Shown: positions 39,501-53,559 of the stretch, one piece after another
How positions within the stretch are numbered: position 1 is the stretch's first letter
Layout of the letters: every line of letters starts with the position of its first letter
Source: the human T2T-CHM13v2.0 reference genome, Homo sapiens
Assembly: GCF_009914755.1 (NCBI RefSeq)
Contig: NC_060936.1
DNA length: 64,000 nt
Strand: one strand, 5' to 3'
Position numbers and translations under genes: made by a program
Notes under the pieces: generated by a model
What the model was told of the DNA's origin: nothing
The model's database searches: none
The model's input: the letters and a program-made list of their open reading frames with translations, nothing else

Positions 39501-42500
39501 TATTCTAAAATTGACCATATAATTGGAAGAAAACACTCCTCAGCAAATGCAAAAGAACAGAAATTATAACAAACAGTCTCTCAGACCACAGTGCAATCAA
39601 ATTAGAACTCAGGATTAAGAAACTCACTCAAAACCACACAAATACATGGAAACTGAACAACCTACTCCTGAATGACTACTGAGTAAATAATGACATTAAG
39701 GCAGAAATAATGAAATTCTTTTAAACCAATGAGAACAAAGACACAATGTACCAGAATCTCTGGGACACAGCTAAAGCAGTGTTTAGAGGGAAATTTATAG
39801 CACTAAATGCCCACAGGAGAAAGCAAGAAAGATCTAAAATCAACACTTTAACATCACGATTAAAAGAGCTAGAAAAGCAAGAGCAAACAAATTCAAAAGC
39901 TAGCAGAAGACAAGAAATAACTAAGATCAGAGCAGAACTGAAAGAGATACAGACATGAAAAATCCTTCAAAAAATAAATGATTCCAGGAGCTAGTTTTTT
40001 GAAAAGATTAACAAAATACATAGACCACTAGCCAGACTAATACAGAAAAGAGAGAAGAATCAAATAGACACAATAAAAAAAATGATAAAAGGGATATCAC
40101 CACTGATCCCACAGAAATACAAACTACCATCAGAGAATACTATAAACACCTCTATGCAAATAAACTAGAAAATCTAGAAGAAATGAATAAATTCCCGGAC
40201 ACATATACCCTCCCAAGACTAAACCAGGAGGAAGTCAAATCCCTGAATAGACCAATAACAATTTCTGAAATTGAGGCAGTAATTAATAGCCTATCAACCA
40301 AAAAAAGCCCAGGATCAGACGGATTCACAGCTGAATTCTACCAGAGGTACAAAGAGGAGAAGGTACCATTCCCTCTGAAACTATTCCAAACAATAGAATA
40401 AGGACTCCTCCCTAACTCATTTGATGAGGCCAGCATTATCCTGATACCAAAACCTGGCAGAGACACAACAAAAAAAGAAAATTTCAGGCCAATATCCATG
40501 ACGAACATTGATGTGAAAATCCTCAATAAAATACTGGCAAACCAAATCTAGCAGCACATCAAAAAGCTTATCCATCACAATCAAGTCGGCTTCATCCCTG
40601 GGATGCAAGGCTGGTTCAACACACACAAACCAATAAACTTAATGCATCACATAAACAGAACCAAGGACAAAAACCACATGATTATCTGAATAGATGCAGA
40701 AAAGGCCTTTGATAAAATTCAACACCCCTTCATGCTAAAAACTCTCAGTAAACTAGGTATTGATGGAACATATCTCAAAATAATAAAAGCTATTTATGAC
40801 AAACCCACAGCCTATATCATACTGAATGGACAAAAGCTGGAAGCATTCCCTTTGAAAACCAGCACAAGACAAGGATGCCCTCTCTCACCACTCCTATTCA
40901 ACATAGTATTGGAAGTTCTGGCCAGAGCAATCAGGCAAAAGAAAGAAATAAAGCGTATTCAAATAGGAAGAGAGAAAGTCATATTGTCTCTGTTTGCAGA
41001 TAACATGATTCTATATTTAGAAAACCCCATCATCTTAGTCCAAAATCTCCTTAAGCTGATAAGCAACTTCAGCAAAGTTCCAGGATACAAAATCAATGGG
41101 CAAAAATCACAAGCATTCCCATACGCCAATAACAAACAAACAGAGAGCCAAATCATGAGTGAACTCCCATTCACAATTGCTACAAAGAGAATAAAATACC
41201 TAGGAATACAACTTACAAAGGATGTGAAGGACCTCTTCAAGGAGAACCACAAACAACTACTCAAGGAAATAAGAGAGGACACAAACAAATGGAAAACCAT
41301 TCCATGCTCATGGATGGGAAGAATTAATATCATGAAAATGGCCATACTGCCCAAAGTAATGTATAGATTCAATGCTATCCCCATCAAGCTACCATTGACT
41401 TTCTTCACAGAATTAGAAAAAAACATTACTTTAAATTTCATATGGAACAAAAAAAGAGTCTGTATAGCCAAGACAATCTTAAGCGAAAAGAACAAAGCTG
41501 GAGGCATCACGCTACCTGACTTCAAACTATACTACAAGCCTACAGTAACAAAAACAGCATGGTACTGGTACGAAAACAGATATATAGATTAATGGAACAG
41601 AACAGAGGCCTCAGAAATAACACCACACATCTACAGCCATCTGATCTTTGACAAATCTGACAAAAACAAGCAATGGGGAAAGGATTCCCTATTTAATAAA
41701 TGGTGTTGGGAAAACTGGCTAGCCATTTGCAGAAAACTAAAACTGGATGCCTTCCTTACACCTTACACAAAAATTAACTCAAGTTAAATTAAAGACTCCG
41801 ATGTAAGACCTAAAACCATAAAAACCCTAGAAGAAAACCTAGACAATACCATTCAGGACAAAGACTTCATGACTAAAACACCAAAAGCAACGGCAACAAA
41901 AGCCAAAATTGACAAATGGGATCTAGTTAAACTAAAGAGCGTCTACACAGCAAAAGAAACTATCATCAGAGTTAACAGGCAACATACAGAATGGGAGAAA
42001 ATTTTTGCAGTCTATCCATCTGACAAAGGGCTAATATCCAGAATCTACAAAGAACTTAAACAAATTTACAAGAAAAAAAACAACCCCATCAAAAAGTGGG
42101 CAAAGGATATGAATGGACACTTCTCAAAAGAAGACATTTATGCAACCAACAAACATACAAATAAAAGCTCATCATCACTGGTTATTAGAGAAATGCAAAT
42201 CAAAACCACAATGAGATACCATCTCATGCCAGTTAGAATGGTGATCATTAAAAAGTCAGAAAACAACAGATGCTGGAGAGGATGTGGAGAAACAAGAACG
42301 ATTTTACACTGTTAGTGGGAATGTAAATTAGTCCAACCATTGTGGAAGACAGTGTGGTGATTCCTCAATGATCTAGAACCAGAAATACCATTTGACCCAG
42401 CAATCCCATTACTGGATATATACCCAAAGGAATATAAATCATTCTACTATAAACAGACATGCACATGTATGTTTACTGCAGCACTATTCACAATAGCAAA

Positions 42501-42938
42501 GACTTGGAACCAACCCAGATGCCCATCAATGATAGACTAGATAAAGAAAATGTGGCACAAATATAACATGGAATACTATGCAGCCATAAAAAAGGATAAA
42601 TTCATGTCCTTTGTAGGGACACAGATAAAGCTGGAAACCATCATTCTCAGCAAACTAATACAGGAACAGATAAACAAACACTGCATGTTCTCACTCATAA
42701 ATGGAAGTTGAACAATGAGAACACATGGACACAGGGAGGTGAACATCACACACTGCGGCCTGGTGGGGGGTGGGGGGCTAGAGGAGGGATAGCATTTAGC
42801 ATTAGGAGAAATACCTAATGTAGATCATGGGTTGATGGGTGCAGCAAACCACCATGGCACGTGTATACCTATGTAATAAACCTGCACATTCTGCACATGT
42901 ACCCCAGAACTTAAAGTATAATAAAAATAAAATAAAAT
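36578..42938 (+). mobile_element. Full-length inactivated L1 (L1PA7-like)
   Basis: 5'UTR, ORF1 (ATG about 37879), ORF2 EN/RT fragments, 3'UTR and tail. TSD AAAAATCGGT/AAAAATCAGT. Several stops and a deletion near 38761. Confidence 0.95.
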
Positions 42939-45900
42939 AAAAATCAGTGTTTTTGAAGTTTCTTGAGATATGCTTTAATTGCAAATATCTTACTTTGAAA
43001 CTGTATACATTATGTACAAAGCAAAATGTATATAACAGATATTTTATTAGTAGTAAATTTTATAAAGATCATTTTCTGTATTCATGAAACCATGAAAAAT
43101 ATTCCTTAAGGGTTTAAGATACTTTTTATAGTGCAAACATTTTACTGCTAATTTATTAAAAGCCAACTAAAGAAAACTATTATAGTTATGAACATTATAG
43201 CAGACTAACAATTATAAATACAGCAAGGTGAATTTTTCCCACTTGAAGTGGGAGTAGGACATTATGATGAGGGATATGAAGTTTCTGGAAATCTGTATTC
43301 CCACAAAAAAAAAAACACTGTGTAGGTCTCAAATTCTAAATTCATTTAAGGGAAAGATATGAGGGACAGGAAGAGGGAGGCTCTAATCCTACTCAGCGCA
43401 TTATTAGGATGAAGTGCACTACACTGTTGAGCTTCAGAATCAACCATTTCATAAAGTTCAGCCTATAAAGTCCATATTCCTTTCCGGTCCACTTTCTCAG
43501 TGTTTTCAGACTATGTTTCCCACAGAGTTCTGCAGAAGCGTCTACACTGCTACTCAAGAGGGGAGACAGGAGCTGATGCCATGTGGAAAGTAAACCCTGT
43601 GAGTAGGGCTCTAGTTCTTTGTCATTGTTTCAACCAGAGAAACTCTGTTTTTATCTTTTTTATACAATGAAGCTCCCAGTAAAGCATTGTTTAAAAAGAA
43701 AGAATTACACTTCTAAAAGTGATTTTGAAAAATCATAGCTATATTCCAGTATCACAAAAAGATACTGAAATCATGGTATTATAAAAATGCAGAGGTGATC
43801 TCATCTAATTTCCCTAATTTACAGAAGATGCTGAGGCTCTGAAAGGTTAATGCTTTTCCCAGGGCCACAGTGTAACTCCTTGGCAAAGCCCTATGGAAAC
43901 CAAGTCATTTCAAGTCCAGGGTTGTCTTCAGTATACCGTTTGATAATATCACTGCCTTATAGTTCTACCACCCAAGCCCTCCATTTTCTAGGCTGTACTT
44001 CTCTAGTTCCTTCATGTACACTTAACTGCTATGCTCTCTAGAAACCTCAACATCCTCATCTCTTCTACTTACATTCCAATTTTACAAGTTTCCTAAAGTA
44101 CCCAGGATTCTACCTAACACAACCTGCTGTACTTGGACCCTTTCTAAGCACCGTGAGACCATGCCTCATTTGTTCTAGGTACATAGTTATCTTTTCAGTC
44201 ATTTCATGGTAGAAGTGCAAGTGTCAGATGCTACTCTCACGGCTGTCTCCAAACTTCTGCTACTTTAGGAATTAAAAGGACAAATGCTATGAAATGCCAC
44301 CTCAGAGTCAGGAAAATAAAACCATAATGAGAGTGAAGTACAGCATTCTGGTTAGAGAAGTGAACTATATCATCATAACAAAGTTCTGTAGGGAGTCCCA
44401 GTTATCCTACTATAAAGCACAGTTGATCCAAGCAGCTTGCAGGATAGAAATAGCAGGTTATTTTCTTAAAGGAAGAAAACCCCTCCTGTTTACTACTTGT
44501 GAAATAACTTCTTTGTGGGAAAAAAATATTATCTTTAACTATCAAAATGGAACACAACCAGTTATAAAGTCAAATTATGAAATCTGTGTGACAGGGAAGT
44601 GGTGGAGAAATCATCTGAATACGGAAACTCACCTCTTGGTGAGAACAAACTTTGTAAGCCCTGATGTCAATATTCTAATGTAAGTCAAGGCCAGGGTATT
44701 ACTAACTACCAGGAAGAATGAAGAAAATTATTCTAAAACATAAAATAATAATGACTTTACATATAACCATGCAGCCGTTGTAGCAAATTTGAAGATAAAT
44801 ACATCCAAATCTTTAAAAAAAAAAAAAAAAAAAAAAAGAAAGAAATGCAATAACAAGAAGGGCCCAGGCAAGCAAATTTGCTCAGAAAAGATAGAAAAAG
44901 ATTATTTAAAGCTTTAGAGAACCCGAATAATCTTTTAATAAGATCAAAGAACACTTAACAACATACAGCAAGATATATTTCGGTAAGGAATTTAATCAAA
45001 TTATACACATTTTCCCCTGCAATTTGATAGTGTGATGACATATCCTTAAACTTTTAACTATCTTGATGTTATTTTGCCAATTTGTGTAAAACTGAAATCA
45101 AACTGATTTTTTCTCCTCCACTAAGAATGCCAATGTCATCTGGGTGAATATCCTTGCCTATATCATTGTTGTACAGATTTTCCTTATGATGTATATATGA
45201 TAAATATACTTGTATCTGTTTCATTACATACACTTGTGTTTCATTCCATTTTTTAATTTTCTTTCCTTAAATCCTTATCACATATTTTCAAAGGTGTGCT
45301 GTTAGGACACTGTAATAACTGCTTTTTTTGTCAAAAAGTTCTTTGCTATTTCTGTGTGGTTATTTTCCACTAGATTTACTTGAGAATTTTTGTCAAGTTC
45401 CCCCTAAAAAAATATTTTTCAATTTGATCAGAATTGTGTTAAACCTATCAATTAATTTGAGGAAAATTGTTCATTCCAACATTTTTGAACCCTTATAATT
45501 TTCAAGACATTGTGCTAAGAACTTTACCAAAACAAGTGACAATGTATTCACAAGACCTGTGGGAAATACCATTGTATCCCTAACATACGGATAGTAAAAT
45601 TGAGTCTTAGGAACTTTAAGCAGCTACTGAGTAGAGGGGCAAGAATCCTAGCCTGGGTCAGTTTGATTCCAAGCCCATGATCTTAATTATCATGATATAC
45701 TACCTTCTCATCAATTACTACAATACACCTCTCCATCCATTCAAGAACCCCTTCATATGGATAAGTAAAATGTGACAGGTTTTCTTATATTTCTTTACAT
45801 TTCATGAGTTGATTCCTAAATATTTTATGATTTTTTTTCTGTAGCAACTGTGAATGAGATTGCCCTGTTGTTTTATCTAATTGGGCACTATACTGATAAT

Positions 45901-46505
45901 AATGGTCAATTTTGTATCATTTTCTTGAATTCAGCCAGTTTAATGAGGTTGCTTAATTCTAGGCTACCTACATTTGAAATATTACATTATCTGCAATAAT
46001 AATAGTTTGTCTCATTGTTTTCAAAACACTCTAGCTTTTATTGTTCCATGTTTAATTACATTGACCTTCTAGAATACTGTAACAGTAGTTAACATAGTAT
46101 AATACATACACTGTATAATATGGTGTAAATAATAATTTAATGACAATGAAAGGTCTTTTGTTCAATCATTAAGGATAAGGCACCTCTTAGTTTCAAACAA
46201 TTTTTATTTATTTTTTTAAGTAATTGATTTTTTAACCAGAAATATATTACATTTTATTAAATATGTTTCAGTACCTATTAAAAGTATTTTTTATTTAATC
46301 TATTGATATAAAGTAAGTGCATTCATTTCGAACCATCCTTGCATTTTTTAATGCAAATTACTTGTCGATGGTGGAGTATATCTATTTGTTAATATTTTAT
46401 TTAGAATTTTATTTTTAATAAAACATGAAATTTGTAATTCTTTTATGCACCATCTTTTCAGGTTTTGGTATCATATGTGATACTTCATTCAATGATTTGC
46501 TTATT

Positions 46506-46980
46506 GTATAAATCAGTGTACCAGAAAGAAACAAATATTATAGTCAAATTAAGATAATTTCAGGAAAGATTAATAAATTTACCATGTACAAAGAGGTATG
46601 CAGGGAGTGTAGATTAACCACCAGCTACACTATAGTATCTTAGGGTGGTTAACACACCTAGGTCTGAAGGGGTAAAGGGAGAAATAGTTACCAAACTCAG
46701 AATGAGAGGATAATATTAAAATGGCCAACTTGCAAAAACCTATAATCTTTAGTAGGGGTCTCAAACAGCCTAAGGTAACTCCTCAGAAAACGAGCTAAAG
46801 ATATAAATACTGCAAGTTTACTTTCTTTCCTCCCTTAAACCTGCTGCTGGGTTTCCCATTTGGCTGAAACCAGTCCAAAACAGAGTGCAGGGAGTCCTTC
46901 AAAGTAGTACATCTGGGTATGAGGGCAGTGAGGGGAAAGGTGGAGTGGATCTAGAGGGGAACATGAATGACACAAGCACA
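46506..46980. mobile_element. LTR33-like solo LTR within L1ME-like sequence
   Basis: cctaggtctgaagggg and ggtggagtggatctagagggg...agcaca motifs; resembles 23118-23571. Confidence 0.6.
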
Positions 46981-47566
46981 TACATGTTTTTAATGTTCTG
47001 AGCAAAGTATATACTGTTGAAATGAACTATTCCTGAAATATTTAAATGCATAATTTTCAAGCACTTTGTGACTCTGGAGCATGTGTTTTTAGATAATTGG
47101 CATGTTTTTAAATTTTTTTCCCAACGATTACATTAGAAAGGTTTTCTACCTCTTGAGTCAATTTTAATACTTCTTTCATCAGACAAGTTATTCATGTCAT
47201 TGAAATGTTCAAGTTGTAGGCTTTAATGTGCATCAAATCTCTTATGAGTTTAATTTATTCTTTGTTCATTGTTAAATCCTCTTTCTCATTTCAAATGGTG
47301 TGTATATTCCTTTTTAGATTTTCCATTAGTTTGGCTTTTTTAAAAAAAACTAATTCTTGTCTATATCAATCTGTGACTTTTTAAATTTTATCTCATTTTA
47401 AGTCTAATTTATATATGTGTGTGCATGTGTTGGTGTGTATGTGTTATTTCTTTTCACTCAGATTCCTTAAATTTAACATTTTTGTTTTATTTCTATCTTT
47501 TTACATTGAATGCTTGATTAATTAATTTTCTCTTTTATTAATGTATAAAGAATATAAAAATGTTTA

Positions 47567-49075
47567 CTTATATTTAAATCTTTGATTCATTTTAAGTTAA
47601 TTTTTATATATGTTGAAAGGTAGAGGTCCAGCTTCAATCATCTGCATATGGCTAGCCAGTTATCCCAGCATTATTTATTAAATAAGAAGTCTTCTCCCCA
47701 TTGCTTGTTTGTGTTGGTCCTGTCAAAGATCAGATGGTTGTTATGTGTGTGGAGATATTTCTGAGTTTTCTTTTCTGTTCCTTTGGTCTATGTGTCTGAT
47801 TTTGTACCAGTACCATGCTGTTTTGATTACTATATTTTTACAGTATATTTTGAAGTTGGGTAGTGTTATGCCTCTAGCTTTTTTTTTGGGGGGGGTTTTG
47901 TTTTCTTTTGTTTTCTTTGTTCTGTTTTTTGCATAAGATTGCTTTAGCTATTTGCATTCTTTTCGGATTCCATATGAATTTTAGAATAGCTTTTTCTAAT
48001 ACCGTGAAGAATGATGTTGGTAGTTTGACAGGAATAGTAACAACACTGAAGATAACCTAGAAAATATTCTTCTTGATATTGACCTTGGCAAAGAATTTTT
48101 AGCTAAGTCCCCAAAAGCAATCGCAACAAAAACAAAACTAGACAAATAGGACCCAATTAAACTAAAGAGCTTCTGCACAGCAAAAGAAACTATCAACAGA
48201 GTAAACAGACAACCTACAGAATGAGAAAAGACATCACAAGCTACGTATCGGACAAAGTCCTAATATCCAGAATCTATAGGGAACTTAAATCAATGAGTGA
48301 AAAACAACCCCATTAAAAGAAGAGCAAAGGACATGAACAGACACTTCTCAAAAGAAAGCATACAAGCAGCCAACAAACATGAAAAAACACTCACCATCAC
48401 TAATCATCAAAGAAATGCAAATTGAAACCACAGTGAGATACCATTTCACGCTAATCAGAATGGCTATTATCAAAAAGTCAAAAAAAAAAACAAAACAGAT
48501 GCTGGCAAAGCTGCAGAGAAAAGTGAATGTTTATACACTGTTGGTAGGAATGTAAATTAGTCCACCCACTGTGGAAAGCAGTCTGGAGTTTTCTCACATG
48601 TATTTGTATGTTCATCCCTGCGCTATTCACAGTAGCAAAGACATGTAGTCAACTCAGGTGCCCATCAATGGCAGATTGGCTAAAGAAAATGTGGTACATA
48701 TAAACAACATGGAATTTTACACAGCCATAAAAAAGAGAGCAAAATGATGTCCTTTGTAGCAACATGGATGGAGCTGGAGGCTATAATCCTAAGCAAACTA
48801 ATGCAGGAAGAGAAAACCAAATTTTACATTTTCTCCCTTATAAGTAGGAGCTAAGCATTGAGTACACGTGGACACAAAGAAGAGACCAACAAACACCAGG
48901 GCCTGCTTGAGGGTAGAGGGTGGAAAGAGGAAGAGGATCAAAAAACTACCTATCAGATACTATGCATCACTGGGTGATGGGATCCATACCCCAAACCTCA
49001 TCAGACAATATTTCCATGTAAAACATAGGTGCACATGTATCCCCTGTATCTAAAATAAAAGTAAAAACTTAAAAA
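47567..49075. mobile_element. 5'-inverted old primate L1 (minus 47567-48040, plus 48041-49075)
   Basis: The two segments are adjacent parts of ORF2 in opposite orientation; the plus part ends in 3'UTR and tail. Confidence 0.85.
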
Positions 49076-50664
49076 ATACATATTTACTTGTGAATAAGTT
49101 TATCTTTGGCCAAATCATGTAAGTTTTGATATTCATATTTCTTTTTTTTCTTTGGTAAGCTGTTGACTGTTTTTTGTTGTTTGATCCTATGGTAATCTGT
49201 GGGGATGTTTTAAGTATACAAATGATTGAAAAAATGTTATTAAAATTTTAAAATTAATTCTTGTTATGTTTTAGGTAACCAAAGAATCTGACCCATAGGG
49301 TTTCTAACTCACAAAAGGTAAGTTCCATATTGCACTTAGTAGTTATTATTTTCATTACTTAATGTGGTATTGTTCCCATATATATCCATTAGCAAAATGT
49401 ATTGTTGTATGTTTTTAGATTTATATAAATAGAATCACACTGTATAATTTTAAAACTTGCTCTTTTTGGCTAAATTTTATATTTTTTAGATCCATCCACT
49501 GTTGTATGTACTCATAGTTTATTCATTTGAACTGCTATAGAGTTTTTAATTGCATATATACTCCAAAATTCATGCTTCTATTCTTCTTTAGATAGACAGT
49601 TAAGGCCTCTCCAGTTTTTTGCAATTATGAATGGTGGTGCAACAAACATTCTTGCATGATCTTCTTATGCACATGAGGAAAAATTTCTATAGGGTACCTA
49701 GGACTGCAACCATCAGTGATGGGTTATCCATATCTTTAACTCGGCAAGATATGGCCAAAGTGCATTTCACATTGATTGTAACAATCTCTGTATACTTGTG
49801 AAGTATATTGAAATTCTACTTGTGAAGTATGTTGAAATTTTTTGGCCTAGTCAAAGTTTTATTTGAATAAATGTTCCTTTATCATTTAAAAATAAAAAAA
49901 TATTTTCTCTGCATGGATTACAATGTCAGATACCAAACTATTAGTTCAATTATTAATCATATTATTCAAATATTATATATGTTTTGTCTTCTTGCTCCAA
50001 CATGAATATATAAAGGAGTATTAAAATATCCCACTATATTATTTGTGGATTTCAATTTTTAATTCTAACAGGTCTTGGTTTATAAATTATAATATTATTT
50101 CAGGATTTTTTTCATCTTAGTTGTGTATGGTAGTTATTAACATTATGAAATAACTGTCCTATTCTGAAGGTTTTGTCTTAATTTATACCTGTTTGATATG
50201 AATAATGTCATTCTTGCTTTTTTAAATTTTTGAAATCTTTCCTAATACATCTCTTTTTTCCTGTTTCATTTTACAATGGTGTACTTTTGTGTGAAGAATA
50301 TTCCTTTGTTTAAAAAAAAACTGGTTAGATGGTGATTTATTTGTTCATATGGAGATTTGGCCTGTTTACATTAAATATCATTAATTGTTGAGTTTGCTTT
50401 TGTTTCAGTCAACTTTATTCTATGCATTCTATTCTTGATTTTCTTTATTATTCTGCTATTATTCTCTGCAAAAATTATAAAGAGAAAGAAACACATTTGT
50501 TCCTACTAGTGAATCTGGTAGTTTGGCAATGACCCATATTAAATTAATTCAATAACTGAACAGTATTATTTTACCTATCTTTTTGAAAAGTAGGGGTTCC
50601 TATTGGGTCCATGTTTCTCCTTCTGATCCTTGTAGATTTAATATTATAATAACAAGAATAGCCA

Positions 50665-50915
50665 TAGTAATACCTAATATTTATTGAGTACTTACTATGT
50701 GCCAGTCAGTTTTAAGCACTTTATATGTTAACTCATTTTACCCTAACTACAACTCTACGAAACAGCTGTTATTCTTGTTTCCAGTTACAAGTAGGGAAAT
50801 TGAGTTGCTGAGAGTTTAACTCAACCATGGTCATAAAACTTAGTATATGGTAGAGCTGAACTTTAAACCCAGAAACTTTGGAGCCAGAGCTCATATATTT
50901 AACTTCTACACTAAA
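50665..50915 (-). mobile_element. MIR
   Basis: tatttattgagtacttactatgtgccag...gggaaattgagttgctgagag. Confidence 0.75.
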
Positions 50916-52199
50916 GTCTTCCCTGAAATTTAACAATGTATAATTTCTATTTTATTATAAATTTAAAATATAACTTTAAAAGAAAAACACTGTATATAAT
51001 TTAGTGTATTTAAAAAATTATTAAAACATTCCTTAGTTTAGCACCTACTTCATACATTTACTCAGGTATCGTCTTCTCAGCCCTGACTATCATATTTTAA
51101 ATACAATACTCCATAAACTCCCATTGTATCCCCCTCTTGGATTTAGTTATTTTAATCATATGTATCATCATCCAGCACAGTATATATTACATTTATTCAT
51201 TTTGCTTTTTCATCTTCTCCTCCACTAGAATTTAAACTTTATGGAGAAGATCTGCTTACAACTATATCCCTAGCACCTAGAACAGTGATCAAGGCCTAAG
51301 AGTCATTAAATAAATATTTTTTGAGTAAATGAAGAAATGAATTGAGTTTAGTAATCACCACTAGTTTTCTCCAATTGCTATTTCATCATTACTGCATTCT
51401 TATCTTTGACTCATTTTTCCAGTTTTCTTTTATATCTAAGAAGCACTTTCTGTGTCCTCACAGAAAATTTGTATGGTTACAGTCCTATTCTTTTCAAATA
51501 ATTTCCCCTAGAACTCTGTCATTTCTGAATTCTTATAATATTCACTGGAAAAGAAAACAATTCTGAGGACACTTTAATTTTTATCTCCTTGTATGTAATC
51601 TGAGCTTTTCTCTTAATTATTTATTTCAATGGGAAATTTGGAAAGAGAGATGCATATTCTAAGAAAAACATCTAACTTTGAAATCCCTCATCATGATGTA
51701 AACTGAATGCATTGTTTGGAAAGTTTAGCATCTGTGGAGATACGATGTAAATGAAAAGGGAAAAGAATGAATGGCATTATTAAATTTCAACATATGAACA
51801 GAACCAATAATGAAAATGCAATTGGAGCAAGGAAATAAAAAAAACTATAAGTAAGGAGGCAAAATTTTCCTGTAAAAAGAAACTGTCCTTAATTAAATTT
51901 TAAAATAATTTTAACACGCTGTTGCTTGTAAGAGTTACACTTAATATCCAGAAATATTAGCAACCTAAAAGTTAAGGCCCACTCTCTGTTCATTCTTTTG
52001 AGATCACAGAGCAGAGTTTGTTATCACTTTACCTACGATGGGTGTTACAATGGAACAGTAAAGGACAGAAAGACCTCAAAAGGCACAGTTAACTTTATAT
52101 CAAGTGCCTACAGTGGCAAATATATTGACTGCACAGAGAAGGCTGTCAAAGTAGGAATAAGGCAGCACTCTCTCCCAGTTGGGAGTGCAGTTTCCTTAG

Positions 52200-52262
52200 C
52201 GTATTAGTTTCCTATTGCTGCTATAACAAAGTACCATAAACTCACTGCTTAAAACAATGTAT
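52200..52262 (-). mobile_element. MLT1-type LTR end, cut by the L1M insertion
   Basis: gtattagtttcctattgctgctataacaaagtaccataaac. Confidence 0.7.
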
Positions 52263-53559
52263 AGGAGAGGTGGAGCAAGAGGGCTGAATAGAAGTTTCCA
52301 CCAGTTGTTTCCCTGGAAGGAACACCAATTTAACAACATATCTACATTTTTTAAGAAAACACCTTCATAACAACCAAAAATCAGGTGAGCACTCATAATA
52401 CCTGGTTTTAACTTCATGTCATTGAAAGATGCACTGAAGAGGGGAGAAAAGACAGTCTTGAATCTTCCACACCACCCCTGCGCCATCCCTGGCAGCAGCT
52501 GCCTGACACAGAAAGAGAATCTGTGCTTTTGGGAAAGGAAAAGTGTAGCAATTGTGAGACACTGCATTGAACTTAGTGCTACTCTGTCATAGCAGTGAGC
52601 AAAACTGGGCTGAACTCAGCTGATGCCCATTGATGGAGGAAGTATTTAAGCCAGCCCTATCCAGAGGGGAATTGCCCATCCCAGCAGTCAGAACTTGACT
52701 TTCAGCAAGCCTTGCTGCCATGGGCTAAAGTGTTCTGGGGTTCTAAATAAACTTGAAAGGCAAAGGCTGCCTAGGCCACAAAGACTGCAATTCCTAGGCA
52801 AGACCTAATGCTGTGCTGGGCTTGGTACCAGTGGACTTGGGGAGCACATGACCTAGTGAGACATCAGCCAGGGCAGCTAAGAGAGTGCTTGTGCCACCTC
52901 TCTCCAACCCCAGGCTGCACAGCTCGTGAATTGAAAAGACACCCTCTTTCGCTTGAGAGGAGGAAAGGGAAGAGTAAAGAGGACTCTGTCTTGAATACTA
53001 GCCCAGCCACAGTAGGATAAGGGCACCAGTCAGAGTAGTGAAGCCACTTCTCTAGGCCCTTGCTCCCAGATGACATCACCATGCCTGCCCTGGGACAAAA
53101 GAGAACGTACTTCCTTGAAGGGAAGGAGCCAGTCCTGTAGGACCCATCATCTGCTGACTAAAGAGCCCTTTGGTTCTGAAAAACCAGCAGCAATACCAAG
53201 GTAGCACACCATGGAGCTTGGGTGAGACTCTGAAACTTGCTGGTTTCAGGTAAGACTCAGCACATTCCCAGCTATGGTGTCTATGGGGAGAGACCCCTGC
53301 TTCTTGAGAAAAGTGGACAAAAAGGCCAAGTGGACTTTGTCTTGCACCTTAGGTAGCAGCTTGGCCAAAGAGGAATGGAGAACCAAGTGGGATCCTGGGG
53401 TCTCTAATTCCAGGATTTGGCTCATGGAGGGCATTTCAGAACCTGCCCTGGGCCAGAGACGAGCCCACTTCCCTGAAGGGTTAGACCCAGGCCAGGCAAC
53501 ATTTACCACAAGCTGAATGAAGAGCCCTTGGGCCTCGAGGGAACACTGACAACAGTCAG

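Noticed and set aside
40732-41592. 286-aa reverse transcriptase ORF as an active or domesticated gene
   Set aside because: Fragment of a decayed L1 ORF2 flanked by stops; catalytic FADD is changed to FADN.
44294-44683. 129-aa ORF in non-repeat DNA
   Set aside because: No recognisable domain or supporting gene structure; compatible with chance.
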